NCBI GenBank assembly: GCA_964016885.1
Contig: OZ024740.1
Span: forward strand, 259,594,001-259,658,000
From: Eledone cirrhosa
Lineage: Eukaryota
Reading direction: 5' to 3'
DNA length: 64,000 bases
In this document: in pieces, positions 12,646 to 25,201 of the stretch
Position numbering within the stretch: the stretch's first letter is position 1
Layout: each line of letters starts with the position of its first letter
Translations under genes and position numbers: made by a program
The notes under the pieces: generated by a model
The model's input: only the letters and a program-made list of their open reading frames with translations
Database searches by the model: none
Told to the model about the DNA's origin: nothing

Positions 12646-14792
12646 AAGCTATCAACCACTTCTATAGCACCCACCAGCATTTGAAAAATGTGTCTAACAA
12701 TGCGACTTCTACTGTCAAATTTCCCTGTACATCTATTGCATACGTATTTCTCCCTACCTGTTAGTTTGCCTGCTACATCTCTTGTGTACATTTTATAGAA
12801 TTTATGCAAGTTCCTTTTCTGCATATCGAACATGGCCATTTCCCTGAAGGAATCAGAGTTTTGTCCTCTTTTCTACTCATCAACACTTTTGTCTTAGCTA
12901 GTTTCACTCTCAATCCTCTTGATTCCAACTGCTGTTTCCATAGCCAGAATTTATTCTCTAGCTCCTCTACTGATTCTGCTATAAGAACCAGATCGTCAGT
13001 ATAGAGAAGTTCTCATGGACAGCCAGTCTTAAACTCCTTTGTTATGGCTTGGAGGACTATAATGAACAAGAGCGGGCTGAGGACCGAACCCTGATGTACT
13101 CCTACTTGTATCTGGAATTCCTCACTAAACTCCATTCCTACCCTCACTTTACTGACAGCACCTCTGTACAAAGCTTGCACTGTCCTCACAAGCCATTCCT
13201 CAACACCTAACTTCCTTAGGGACCACCAGATGACAAATCGGGGTACCCTATCAAAGACCTTCTCTAGGTCAACAAAAGCTAAGTATAGTGGCTTATTCTT
13301 CTCTAATAATTGTCTCACTAAGAAGAGGGCATCTGTTGTACTCTTCCCAGGCACAAAACCAAACTGCATCTCATCTAGTTTGACCCTTTCTATAATTAGT
13401 TGCGCTAATATCCTTTCTGCCACTTTCCTAACCTAATCCATCATTTTTATGCCCCTATAATTGCTCTTCTCCAGAGAATCCCCTTTACCTTTCTAGCAAT
13501 TTACGAGAATACTGCTTCACCAGTTTTTGGGTACGACACCGCCATATATAGCCTGATTGATGATGCGTTCAACCAGTTTAGTGCCTACCTCCCCTGATGC
13601 CTTCAGCATCTCAGCAACTATCACCGACGGTCCAGCGGCCTTACCATTTTTCATTTCCTTAATTGCCTCTTGGACCCTATATTCGTCAATCTCAATAGTT
13701 GGTCCCTCTGTCGGATCTAGTGGAGCTAATTTCTCTCATAATGACATTTCCAGGCCTCCTTTTTCTGATCATTCGTGACACTAAGTACACCGGCATCATT
13801 GCGGACACATTTATCTCCAACAACATCCTGATTTGCACTGACACACTGCCTTGCAATGTGGAACACTGCACGCCTCTGATCTTTCCGTTGCAGAACATTG
13901 GCAAACCTCCTACTCTCAGCCTCCCCGCATGCTAAGTACACCTGACATCTAGCTTCTCTCTTAGCAGCTCCCGCCATCTTTACAAGCATTCCATGCTACT
14001 CTTTTGTCTTTAATGGCCCTATCTACTGTGCTGTTCCACCACCAGGTCACTCTCTGTCTGGTTGGAGCTCTGCTCCAGCCACAAGTTTCTTCAGTAGCCT
14101 GCAGTAAATCGTCACGTAAGAAATTCCAGTTATCATCTATGTCATACGACTCTAAATTGTCTTCTTTTTCATCATACACATCTTGAAGGGCTTTCCTAAA
14201 TTTGTATTTTAGTGAAAGGTCTTTTAACTCCAGACCTTTCTTCTCCACACCTTCCTGTATATCTCGTTCCTTCTCTTGCTTACTGAGATATCACTAACGA
14301 CTAACCTATGCTGTGGGGTACATTCTTCCCCGGGGTATGCCTTGGTATTTGACACCATCTGTCTGTCCCGCTGCCTAACTAGCAAGAAGTCAATCTGCCT
14401 TATGTGCTCGCCTGATTTGTAGGTTACTAGGTGGTTGGCAGGTGTCTTGAAGTTAGTGTTGCAAATGGTTAGTGCACTTGCATCACAAAATTCAAGAAGT
14501 CTCATTCCTTCTCCATTTCTTGAGTCATAACCGTACCCACCATGTACCCCAGTGTAACCATCCTGGAGCTGTCCAACATGACCATTGAAGTCCCCTGCTA
14601 GCATAACGATGTCTCCGTCCTCTGTCATTGCAGCTGTTTGTAAAAGTTGCTCATAAAAGCAGTCAACTAATCTAATCTTAATTATTCTATTACTAACTCG
14701 AACTACCTCTATTGACTTATCGAACCCTCTCTCAGCCAGTAATATGCCCACCCCACCTAACCCATCATCATTACCCACCCAGAAAAGCTTAT
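12646..14792 (-). mobile_element. RTE-clade LINE (APE + RT), decayed and truncated at both ends
   Basis: APE: YKLFWVG..GVGILL, GDFNGHVG, QIDFLLV, QHRLVV. RT: MQFGFVPGKSTTDALF, AFVDLEKVFDRVPR, GVHQGSVLSPLLF. Same family as 49630-50832. Confidence 0.9.
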
Positions 14793-15536
14793 AACACAAA
14801 ATGGTAAATAGACGAGGGACCTTCCCTCACGTCTATGTCGATGAACAATCCAACTAGGATATATACATTTTACCACACTGGTGAACGACGTAAGAATTTT
14901 ACGCAGCCTTTTTATTCATTCGACTAAATAATTTTACGCAGCCTTTTTTATTCATTTGAACTTGAATATTTCACTGTCATTACCACGTTGCCAACCTTTT
15001 CGCAACTTACAAAAAAAAAAAGACAGAGAAATAATAAAGTGTTTATACCGTATTGACAAGGTATACAAACCAGCCAAAATATTTTTTTCCAAGATGGCGT
15101 TGCTTTCCTTCCACGTTTTGTAATTTTCCGCCAGGACGGGGACATTTTGGAATTGCGTGTGTGTTCCATGACTGATCAAGAGAAAAAAACTTTTTTGTAA
15201 ACATTACTGCCCCGCAGGGGATATACATGCCTTACTTTTTCTAAGGGATTTTTAGCCACTGGCTACCTATTGTTGATATCCAACGTGGATATATTCTAAA
15301 ACAAACATTTTTTTTTCTCTTTTTCACTGGTTGTTTGATTTGGCTGGCTCGTTGAACCAACACAAGGGGACAGACGTTGAAGGAAATTTTTTTTTTTTTA
15401 AAAATATATATATGTATTTTATGTATTTTTCATATTTCCTAATGTTTTGAATGTCTGTTTCTTTTATTTTTCTTTTTTTTTTTCATATTGGCTCTTTGCT
15501 TTTCACTGTACGAGGGTACATTAATTGCTGTTTAGA

Positions 15537-15568
<32 letters not shown>

Positions 15569-16915
15569 AAATGTTTTACCATGAATGCGCCACATTTGCC
15601 CGCCTTTACCGGAAAACCTAAGCTGTGGTTTGCCCAGTTACAGGCGTATTTTACGGTCTGTAAGACCGAGTCTGACCAGCGCCTCGCTGTCTTGATTAGC
15701 GGACTTCCCCCTAATCTAGCAGATTCGGTCCAAGACCTAATTACAGACCCCCCCTCTGACTTAACGTATGAGTCTTTAAAAGGCGAGATCCTGAGGAGGA
15801 ACTGTAAGTCGGTATAGAGTCGTTTTCGGTCATTGGTCGAGGACGAACGATTAGGTGACAGGACCCCTACCGCTTTTCTCCGGCATTTGCGGGATTTGAG
15901 CGATTCCCAAGATCCGGATAGCCCTTTCCTGAAGCAATTGTTCTTCTCTCGCCTACCTCAAGAGGTACAGGCGATCCTAGCTCATATGCTAGAGGTAAAT
16001 ACCCTTGACCACATTGCTGTCTCTGCTGACAAAATTGTAGAGGTGACGAAGAGAGATACTTTGAAGCCAAAGTACGTTGCTTCTTCTCTTCCTCAATCAC
16101 GCTCATCAGCGAGTGATGAGAAATTAGTCACCACAATGGAAGCCATGACTCGTCAAATGGCGGAGTTGTGCCAGGAATTCAGGTCGTAGGGTCCACTGGC
16201 CCAAACAAATTTGCAGCACCGTCTATATTTAGACTATGTTAGCTGCACCCTCTTTTTTTTGCCTCTGTGTTTCTGCTATTTCTTTGCCTTGTTTTTTATG
16301 CATGCATGTTGTTTTTTTTAACATTTTTCAAATCCTTATTCTGGATTCAACGTTTGGTAGAGCGAATAGCTCCCTCTTGTTGCATTGTTCGCCATCTTAC
16401 TCCACGTGTGAGTAATAACATCGATTTTCGATGATTTGAAAATCTGGCAGGGGATACTGTAGTAAGACGCCTCACGCCCCCTGTCGGATAATAGAACAAC
16501 CCCTAGTTATCTCCCCTTGCGTTGAGAACACCAGAGGTAAACAGACAGCCACTAGAAAGCGGACTGAACACACGCCAGAAAACAGCCTCTGTACCACACG
16601 CCAGAAAACAGCCTCTGTACCACGCCACAGAAAGCAGCCAAGGGAACAGCAAACAGCAAACCCCACAATACTTTTGTAATTATAATTCACCACAACTGAC
16701 CGCGTCAATATTTGGTACGTTCCATTTGTAATATAAATAAACATCACCATTATTTACATTTGTTGAATATAACTCTCGTTGTGGTTATTGTCTTGTTTGC
16801 GCACACACTCACTTTGTTATAATTCTCACAAACACAAAATGGTAAATAGACGAGGGACCTTCCTTCACGTCTATGTCGATGAACAATCCAACTAGGATAA
16901 ATACATTTTACCACA
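14793..16915 (+). mobile_element. LTR element A: internally deleted gag-only Gypsy derivative
   Basis: 5' LTR remnant 14793-14877 ending TTACCACA; PBS-like TGGTGAACGACGT at 14879; gag; PPT GGCAGGGGATAC; 3' LTR 16458-16915 (TGTAGTAA...TTACCACA). Confidence 0.85.
15581..16189 (+). pseudogene. gag: Gypsy Gag (one in-frame TAG, no Zn knuckle)
   Basis: LPAFTGKPKLWFAQLQAYF and LGDRTPTAFLRHLRDL..LKQLFFSRLP are homologous to the Gag at 29442. The two ORFs are in the same frame. Confidence 0.8.
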
Positions 16916-17984
16916 TACACATCATGCTTTACTACATACAAAAATGTTAATGTTGACAACTGCTACGAGCTGTTAGAAAATAGAACCAGGATACATTTGT
17001 GGAACTGGTGTGTTAGAATGAATACGTTTGTGTGAGTGTGTGTGTGTAGTTCATCTGACACAGTAGTTCAATACGCTTGCTTTGCCAGGTCTCTCTGTGT
17101 CCGGTGTCAGACCAGCTTTCTGTCCCGGGTTTCCCTTGACTCTCATATATATATAATGTTGCGGTGGCTAGAATGATAGACATACCGCAACAGGGTTTCT
17201 ACGTTTTTCGGTCAATTTGATTTTGGCTTGACCTAGCTGAGGTCGTAGGTCAAAGGGATGCGATCAATCACTTTTTGACAGGACAAAGAAAAAACCTTTC
17301 TTTGGCGCCTGTCGTCGTGATTTTGAACAGCGAGAATTCCTAGATTCGGTTTCGAATCTAGGCTTGGAGAAGGAAGTGTTATTTGTTACACTACCCCCTT
17401 CTAGTGAGAAAACCACAGAGATCGAACGATGTTGGAAATGTTTTTGTTTTTTTTGTGCGTATGCAGAAAAATTTACACAGTGTAACAGACAAATGAATGT
17501 ATATCAAAAACATGCAATATAAAAAATATGAAACAAAGTTTTGATGTTGATGTGTGCTAAATGGCAGAATTGTTGATTACTCGACCCACTAGAGGTCTAA
17601 TAGAGGCGAGGCGAGTTTCAGTGGCGCAAAAGATCGAGTGGTAGCACACATGAGAAAGTGTGTGTAAGCATACGGGTAGCAAAATATTTATACAAAAAGG
17701 CAAAACATTTAAAAAAGAAAGCAAAATATGTGTACACTTTAAAAAGGAAAGAAATGTTCATCGAAAAAAGTTCGTTTGTAAAATGTTCAGTAAAAGTTCA
17801 TACAGACAGTTTTTCGTTGAGACGTTTCTTTGTTTTCCTTTTTTTTTTTTTTTTTAAAATATATATATACCAATGTTCATTGATTTCTTTGGGTCTGTAT
17901 GTGGGTGATGCAGTCATGTGAGTTATGTGTTGATGAATGCATTTCATTAAAGAAGATGGGTAGGTTAAGTGTTGGGACTTACCC

Positions 17985-20074
17985 GAAAACCTTGCGGGCC
18001 ATCGAACTGTTCTTCCCGATTTAGTGTGCCGGGGTTGTGCAGAATCTGTGGTGTTTGTTGGAGGTGATGAGTCGGTTCGAAGAACGGAGGGAACTGAATG
18101 TAAGTCCTCCTCGATGAAGGCTTTTTTTAAACGATCGATTGATACCGTATTTCGTTTACCTCTAATATCGAGAACGAAATACTTGGGTTCTCTTTCGATA
18201 ACTTTGTAGGGCACGGAATATGGTGGCCGAAGTTGAGATGGTATCCCATCATTCCTCACGAAAACATGTTGAACGTCTTTGGGGACATGTGAAACGACGT
18301 TCTGTTGTCTGGGGCCTGCAGGTGACAAATGCGACATGGATGGCCGTAGTCGGTGCACATATTGTGCTGGGTCAGGAAAATCTTTTGATGAAACAGGTTC
18401 GATCATCTGCCCAGGTAAGGTGAGTGCTGTGCCATAAACGAGTTCAGCCGGAGTATATCCAAGTTCCTCCTTAATTGTGGATCGTATACCAAGGAGGAGG
18501 AGAGGGAGATGTTCCTGCCAGTGAGAACTGTCTGTAGATGCTTTTATGGATGCCTTGAGTTGGCGGTGAAAGCGTTCGACCATGCCATTTACTGCAGGGT
18601 GGTAAGCCGTAGTGCGGGTGTGTTTACACCCGAGGAGACGAGTCAGCTCGGTGAAAAGATGGGAATCGAACTGTCGGTGGTGAGTGTTGCGGGTGTGCCA
18701 AAACGCGAAACCCATTGTGATATCAACTTTTTGGCGACCGTTTCTGCCGATGTATCAGATAAGGGCCAAGCTTCGGGCCATCGCGAAAAACGATCGACGC
18801 AGGTAAGCAGATATGTATAATTCTGCGAAGGTGGCATAGGTCCCACGATGTCGATGTGAACGTGCTGAAATCGTGCGTCAGGTTGCGAAAAGGAACCGAT
18901 TGGTGATTTTATGTGCCGGTAGATTTTCGCTTTTTGGCACGCGACACAGCACTTGGTGCATTCTCTGATATCCTTGTTGATACTGGTCCACACAAAACGG
19001 GTCGATATCAGCTTTTGAGTGGAGCGAATACCAGGATGTGACAGAGTATGCAGAGCAGAGAAAACTTCTCGCCGATGTTTATGTGGCACATACGGCGTTG
19101 GTGACCGGTGGAGATATCACACCAAATGTGGGCCGTGGACGATGGTAGCGGAACATGCTGAAATTTCAGAGATGACGAATTCCGGAGCTTTAGAAGCTCT
19201 TCGTCATTCTCCTGGTCAACTGCTATACGTGCCAGATCAATTGTAGCCGTGGTGTGGATAGCATTGATCTGTGTGCGTGAAAGTGCATCGGCTGCCAAGT
19301 TGGTCGTCCCTTTGATGTGGCGTATATCCGTCGTATACTGCGATATGAAGTCGAGGTGGCGGATTTCTCTCGGCGAGTGGCGATCTGGCTTGGTGTTAAA
19401 TGCATATATGAGTGGTTTGTGGTCGGTGTATATGGCAAAATTTGTACCTTCTAGCATGTGTCGAAAATGCTTAACGGCCAGGTATGCCGCTAATAATTCC
19501 CGACTGAATGTGCTGTATTTCGTTTCCGCGGGTTTTAACCGCTTCGAAAAGAAGGACAACGGTTGCCATATGCCACCAACAAGCTGCTGCAGCACACCTC
19601 CAACTCGGGAATCGGATGCGTGGACGAGTAGACACTGGGGCGTCTGGTTTTGGATAAACCAACATAGTAGCGTTGGATAACGCTTTTTTCAGGGCATCGA
19701 AAGAGGCGAGTTGCTTTTCATCCAGGGCAATATTCGTGTTTTTGCAAGTTCGCTGACGTAGCAAATCTGTGAGCGGTTGCGCTATCTCAGCGAGGTGGGG
19801 GTATAAACCTTCTATAGAAGTTCGCTAGCCCGAGATATTCCCTTAATTTGCGGAGAGATGTGGGTGGTGGAAAATCCACGATGGCCTTGACTTTCTCGGG
19901 CAGGGGACGAATGCCATCCTTATCGACGATGTGACCGAGGAAATGAAGGGAAGCAACTCCGAATGAACATTTGCTCGGGTTGATAACTATGCCGTATTTT
20001 CGCAGACGTTCGAACAGCAGATGGAGGTGTTGGTGATGTTCTTCGTCCGAGCTACTGGTGACGAGTATGTCGTC
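17985..20074 (-). pseudogene. pol: Gypsy pol fragment (RT 3' half, RNase H, integrase), frameshifted
   Basis: [66 protein letters not shown]-like region ending VSIDRLK. Confidence 0.9.
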
Positions 20075-21060
20075 TATAGCAAAATACTAGTGTGTATGAA
20101 TGTAACAAGGAGACATGGTTTGTGTGTATAATATTTAATCAACAATTTAACAGTATAGTTGACATGTCAATGAATAAACGAAAGAATGAAGCAGAGTTAG
20201 TAGTTACCGTTTTGATTGCCAGGCAAACGCGGCTGGCAGAAGACGCCTGGCGAAGGCCAGGCGCCGGAAGGGCAAATGGGGGAGTGAGAACTTAAAGTTG
20301 TTAGTTTTATAGGGTTCTGACCGGAAGTTACAGAAAGGGTTCTACTTCCTGTCTAGATGGTGTTGTGAGTGTCACAACAAGGGAGGCAACTGCTACATAA
20401 CCTCCCGCCAGAATTTTAGAATATAAAAATCGAATGAAATATGTAGCAAGTTGGCGAGAATGTTGTAACAGGCATGAAAATTACGACAAAAGAATGTTTG
20501 CAAAAATCAATGATAGATATCAAGGTAGCCAACCGCTCTTGGCCAGAGAACGACTGGACATCTATCTATCCATCACCCAAAGATACAATGTAATAAAGTA
20601 AGAGAAGAGCTCAAAGTTCAAATGTACAAAATATAGTTCACAGGTGTGCAATCACATGACAGCAGGAAAGAAAGTGTGTTCCAGAGAATGAATGCAGGTG
20701 GTTTCTGTTCTGTGGTATATCGTGAAATTTCCAACCTCCGAATGGATTTTCTCACAGGAAGAGTGCTGCAAAAATAAATTCTCTGGCTTGTTCTGCTGGT
20801 TTTGGTTGTTGATGAAGCTGTGTTGCTGTTGATGTTGTTGTCTCGCGGAGTGAGCGTATTCGGTGTTTAAATTCAAAGTAAAAAATTTTTTTTCGGAAAA
20901 AATGAGTTGCGCAAAGTGTTAGAAATAACAGCCGAAGTTGATGGTCGATGTTGAGAATGCGTTGACCTGGAAGGGTAAAGAGGCCAGCGACCAAAGAAAT
21001 AAGCATTCTGAATAAATGCGCAGTTTTCAACGGCAAATTTACGTGGTAAATTTTTAAACC
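20075..21060 (-). mobile_element. 3' UTR + PPT + 3' LTR (20075-20397) of a relative of element C
   Basis: Minus TTCTGGCGGGAGGTTA-TGTAGCAGTTG...GCTATA is homologous to 28873-29204. The UTR is homologous to ~27990-28888. Confidence 0.85.
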
Positions 21061-22141
21061 GGCAAATAGGAGAATATAGCTTAAGGCTGAAGAATCCTTG
21101 GCGAGAAACGTTATCTCTGGCGTGCGGCTATCTCTGTGAGTCGAGATATCTCCGTGAGTTGAGAATTTGTGCTGCCTACACGTGCCAATACAAGGTTAAG
21201 TTAGGTTGAAAAAATAATATTTCTAACGCGCGAGAAAATGATGCGAAAATGATAGTGCAACAGGTCGTTGGCAGCCATTTTGAAAAAATGTGTGTGTGAA
21301 AGTGACAATGATGAAAAATAAAGGCTTCACTTAGCATAATTATTGGTGTGAACTTTGAAAAAAAACTTGAACGATGAAAAAAAGGCAATGGAACAGCAAA
21401 CAGCAAACCCCACAATACTTTTGTAATTATAATTCACCACAACTGACCGCGTCAATATTTGGTACGTTCCATTTGTAATATAAATAAACATCACCATTAT
21501 TTACATTTGTTGAATATAACTCTCGTTGTGGTTATTGTCTTGTTTGCGCACACACTCACTCACTTTGTTATAATTCTCACAAACACAAAATGGTAAATAG
21601 ACGAGGGACCTTCCCTCACGTCTATGTCGATGAACAATCCAACTAGGATAAATACATTTTACCACATACACATCATGCTTTACTACATACAAAAATGTTA
21701 ATGTTGACAACTGCTACGAGCTGTTAGAAAATAGAACCAGGATACATTTGTGGAACTGGTGTGTTAGAATGAATATGTTTGTGTGTGTGTGTGTAGTTCA
21801 TCTGACACAGTAGTTCAATACGCTTGCTTTGCCAGGTCTCTCTGTGTCCGGTGTCAGACCAGCTTTCTGTCCCGGGTTTCCCTTGACTCTCATATATATA
21901 ATGTTGCGGTGGCTAGAATGATAGACATACCGCAACAGGGTTTCTACGTTTTTCGGTCAATTTGATTTTGGCTTGACCTAGCTGAGGTCGTAGGTCAAAG
22001 GGATGCGATCAATCACTTTTTGACAGGACAAAGAAAAAACCTTTCTTTGGCGCCTGTCGTCGTGATTTTGAACAGCGAGAATTCCTAGATTCGGTTTCGA
22101 ATCTAGGCTTGGAGAAGGAAGTGTTATTTGTTACACATTCA

Positions 22142-22182
<41 letters not shown>

Positions 22183-22187
<5 letters not shown>

Positions 22188-23841
22188 AGGTAAAATATAA
22201 CGTCCGGGAAAGTGAAACTAATTTTTATGACAAGTGAATGTGTTTGCTTTTTTTACACTGAAAATTACGATACAGTTTGTTTATTTACAACAGGTCTCTA
22301 TAGTGATATGGTGTTAATTAGTATTGCGTGTGTGATTATTTTCTCTTATATATATATGTGTGGGTGTGTATATGTGTGTATATATATGTGTGTCTGTATG
22401 TATATATATATATGTGTGTTTGTATATATATGTGTGTTTGTGTCATCATTATCGTTTAGATGTTTTTGTAATATCTTGCCAAAGTTGGCACCAACTTTCT
22501 GTCCCCTAAAGAAATTAAGGCCGGGTCATAAGAAGGACAGAGAATGATAAAGGATTTGGGTCAGAGAGGCAGCTTGGGGTCAGAAAGGCAGATAGGCGTC
22601 AGAAGGGCTGGGAAATTTTTTTTTATTTTAAACGAAGCACCGAAGGGCTGGATTCTAATACAGTATCACATCAAATATGGCTGGACGAGTGGTTGGTCGC
22701 GTTAAGTTAATTGAAGATATTTTGGATACTAATGCTATTGTTGAGCGCTTCGAAACAATATATACGCTGTGTCCGGCGATACACGGTGACACGTTATGTA
22801 TGTTAGAGTGGTTTGCGAGTCGGCGTTTGTTGGCGAACAGTGTGATTTGTCCTCTCTGCAATGAGGCGTGCACATTGAGAAGATATTCTGAGGGGATAGA
22901 TAAATGGAGATGGCGATGCTGCCGCGACACATTTTGTCAATCGGTTCGACGGAACTCTATATTTTATCGAAGCCATCTTCGACTCGAACAACTTATTGGC
23001 ATTATGTATATGTGGTGCAACGATCAGGCCCAAACTGAGATGATGAGAGAAACAGGACTTAGCAAGCCGACAATAATAGACTGGTGCAATTTCCTTAGAG
23101 AAATCTGTAGTGGCTGAGATATCACTTTCCTTTAAATCTGTGAGCAGTATTTGGAGGCGAATCCTCAACAGCTTGGAGGATTTGATGAGAATGGTTCGTC
23201 GATCATTGTTGAGATCGATGAATCAAAATACTTTCATAGAAAGTATCATCGTGGCCAGTGGAGACAAGGCCACTGGGTGTTCGGCGCTGTAGAACGCCAT
23301 TCTGGATGCTGCTGCCTCATCGAAGTCCCAGATCGAAGCCGTGAGACTCTTGTCCCCATTATACAGGAATGGATTTTGCCAGGACGCCACATCATGTCCG
23401 ATGGTTGGGTTTCCTATTCTGATATTGAGGAAATTCAAGGTGGCATTTACCTCCATGATGTTGTTGTGCACCAACGGAACTTTGTCGATCCTGAAGACCC
23501 TAATGTGCACACACAACTCATAGAGAACACTTGGAGCCGTGCGAAGAAAAAGCTCCGTCGACAACATGGGACAAGCGACGATTTATTCCCCTCGTATTTA
23601 GCTGAATTTCTTTGGCGGCAGAGAGTTGGTGCCAACAAATTTGGCGAGATGATCAACTGTATTTCAGCTATTTATACGGTCTAATAAGGATGTTGATAAG
23701 GTAAGTATAATTTTCCGTACACACAATACACAAAAAAAGAAAAAGAAAAAAATAATCACACACGCAATACTAAAAAACAAACACATTCACTTGTCATAAA
23801 AATTAGTTTCAGTTTCCCGGACGTTATATTTTACCTATGCC
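22183..23841 (+). mobile_element. Merlin (IS1595/ISXO2-like) DNA transposon with long TIRs
   Basis: TIR GGCATAGGTAAAATATAACGTCCGGGAAA..(~70 bp) at 22183, with its reverse complement ending at 23841. No intact TSD visible. Confidence 0.92.
22677..23684 (+). pseudogene. Merlin/IS1595-family DDE transposase interrupted by a 33-bp insertion
   Basis: Zn ribbon CPLC..WRC, VEIDES, RKYHRG, WVFG, IMSDGW, VHTQLIENTW, YLAEFLWR. ORFs 22677-23117 and 23151-23684 share a frame. Confidence 0.9.
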
Positions 23842-24170
23842 GTAGGTAGACCCAGAAAAACCTGGGACGAGTTGATAAATTCCGACCTTACACACTTGCA
23901 CCTCTCTAAGACAATGTCACTGGACCGAGATCTTTGGCGCCACCCAGTAATACAGAAGACCCGCCTTGTTTATGTACAAAGCGAAACCTACAGTCAGTAG
24001 GCACCTCTTAACCAAATATGCACCCCAATCCACTACCCCCCCCCTTCTCTGTAAAGTTGGTACCACGACATCCAGTCAAATAAATGAGATAATGAGATCG
24101 AGATCGTGTAGGTGTCACGACAAAAACACACACAGTCCACGCTGTAATGTGGCCGTGTAGGTAACACAGT
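23842..24170 (+). mobile_element. RTE 3' fragment
   Basis: Matches the reverse complement of ~34770-35092 (GRPRKTWDELINSDL and 3' UTR). Confidence 0.8.
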
Positions 24171-24204
24171 AATATAATATATAATAATATATATATACAC
24201 ACAT

Positions 24205-24280
<76 letters not shown>

Positions 24281-25201
24281 CGGCGGCGAAGATTCGAAAC
24301 CGAATCTGAGCTTTCCCGCCTCTGGGACAAGCCGTGGTAACTTGTTTACGCTCAAGAGACTAACCCCTTGGGAGAGGCTAAACACAGGTCAGAGGTGTTT
24401 ACGCCTGACAGAAAATAGGTCAGAGGATATATCCATCTTTCTGACTTGTTTACGCTTGGCAAACTAATCCCTTGGGAGACTAACCAACGTTCAGTGGATA
24501 TATCTATCCTTCTAACTTCAACTCTTATAAATACAGGGGTTGTTTACGCCTCGTCAGAAAAGAAGTGATATACTGACAAAGCTCTCGTCACCAAAAACCA
24601 GTCTGCCACTTATTCTCACCTTTCTGGCTGATCGCTGACTCCTGCAATACAAATAAGTAAATATACTGATACGCTCACACGCATTCATAGTGAGTTCAGT
24701 ATCTTTACACGCACCATTCATTTCTGTTTACACATATTGTATCTTTCTGATACAGTACAAATTATATTATAATCGTATTCTGTGATACTTGAATTTACGT
24801 GGCTCGAAGACCCACCAAATTATTGTATGAATATGTAGCGGTTGTCTCCCTTGTTTTGGTTGGGATCTAGACGGGAAGTAGAACCCTTTCTGCAACTTCC
24901 GGTCAGAACCCTATAAAACTAACAACTTTAAGCTAACTCTCTCTCATTGCCCTTCCGGCGCCCTGGCTTTAGCCAGGCGTCCTCTGCCAGCCGCGTTTGC
25001 CTGGCAATCAAAACGGTAACTACTAACTTTGTTTCATTCTAACATCTATCTTCGACATGTCAAGTATTCTATCTACCGTTAATTAAATATTATATACACA
25101 AACCATGTCTCGTTTTGTTACATTCATACAATCCAGTATCCTCGCTATATTGGTGACCAACACACTCGACCGAACATTTTGTTTCCACCACCGGTGCCCC
25201 A

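Larger units (their letters stand above)
16916..22135 (-). mobile_element. LTR element B (Gypsy), rearranged; LTR starts TGTAACAAAT at 22135 (5') and 17390 (3')
   Basis: PPT (minus CTAGAAGGGGGTAG) abuts 17390. 21390-22135 duplicates 16643-17390. pol fragments lie between. Confidence 0.8.

Noticed and set aside
23107-23147. Intron in the Merlin transposase
   Set aside because: Candidate GT-AG lengths (35, 38, 41 nt) do not restore the frame; the 8-bp duplication indicates an insertion.
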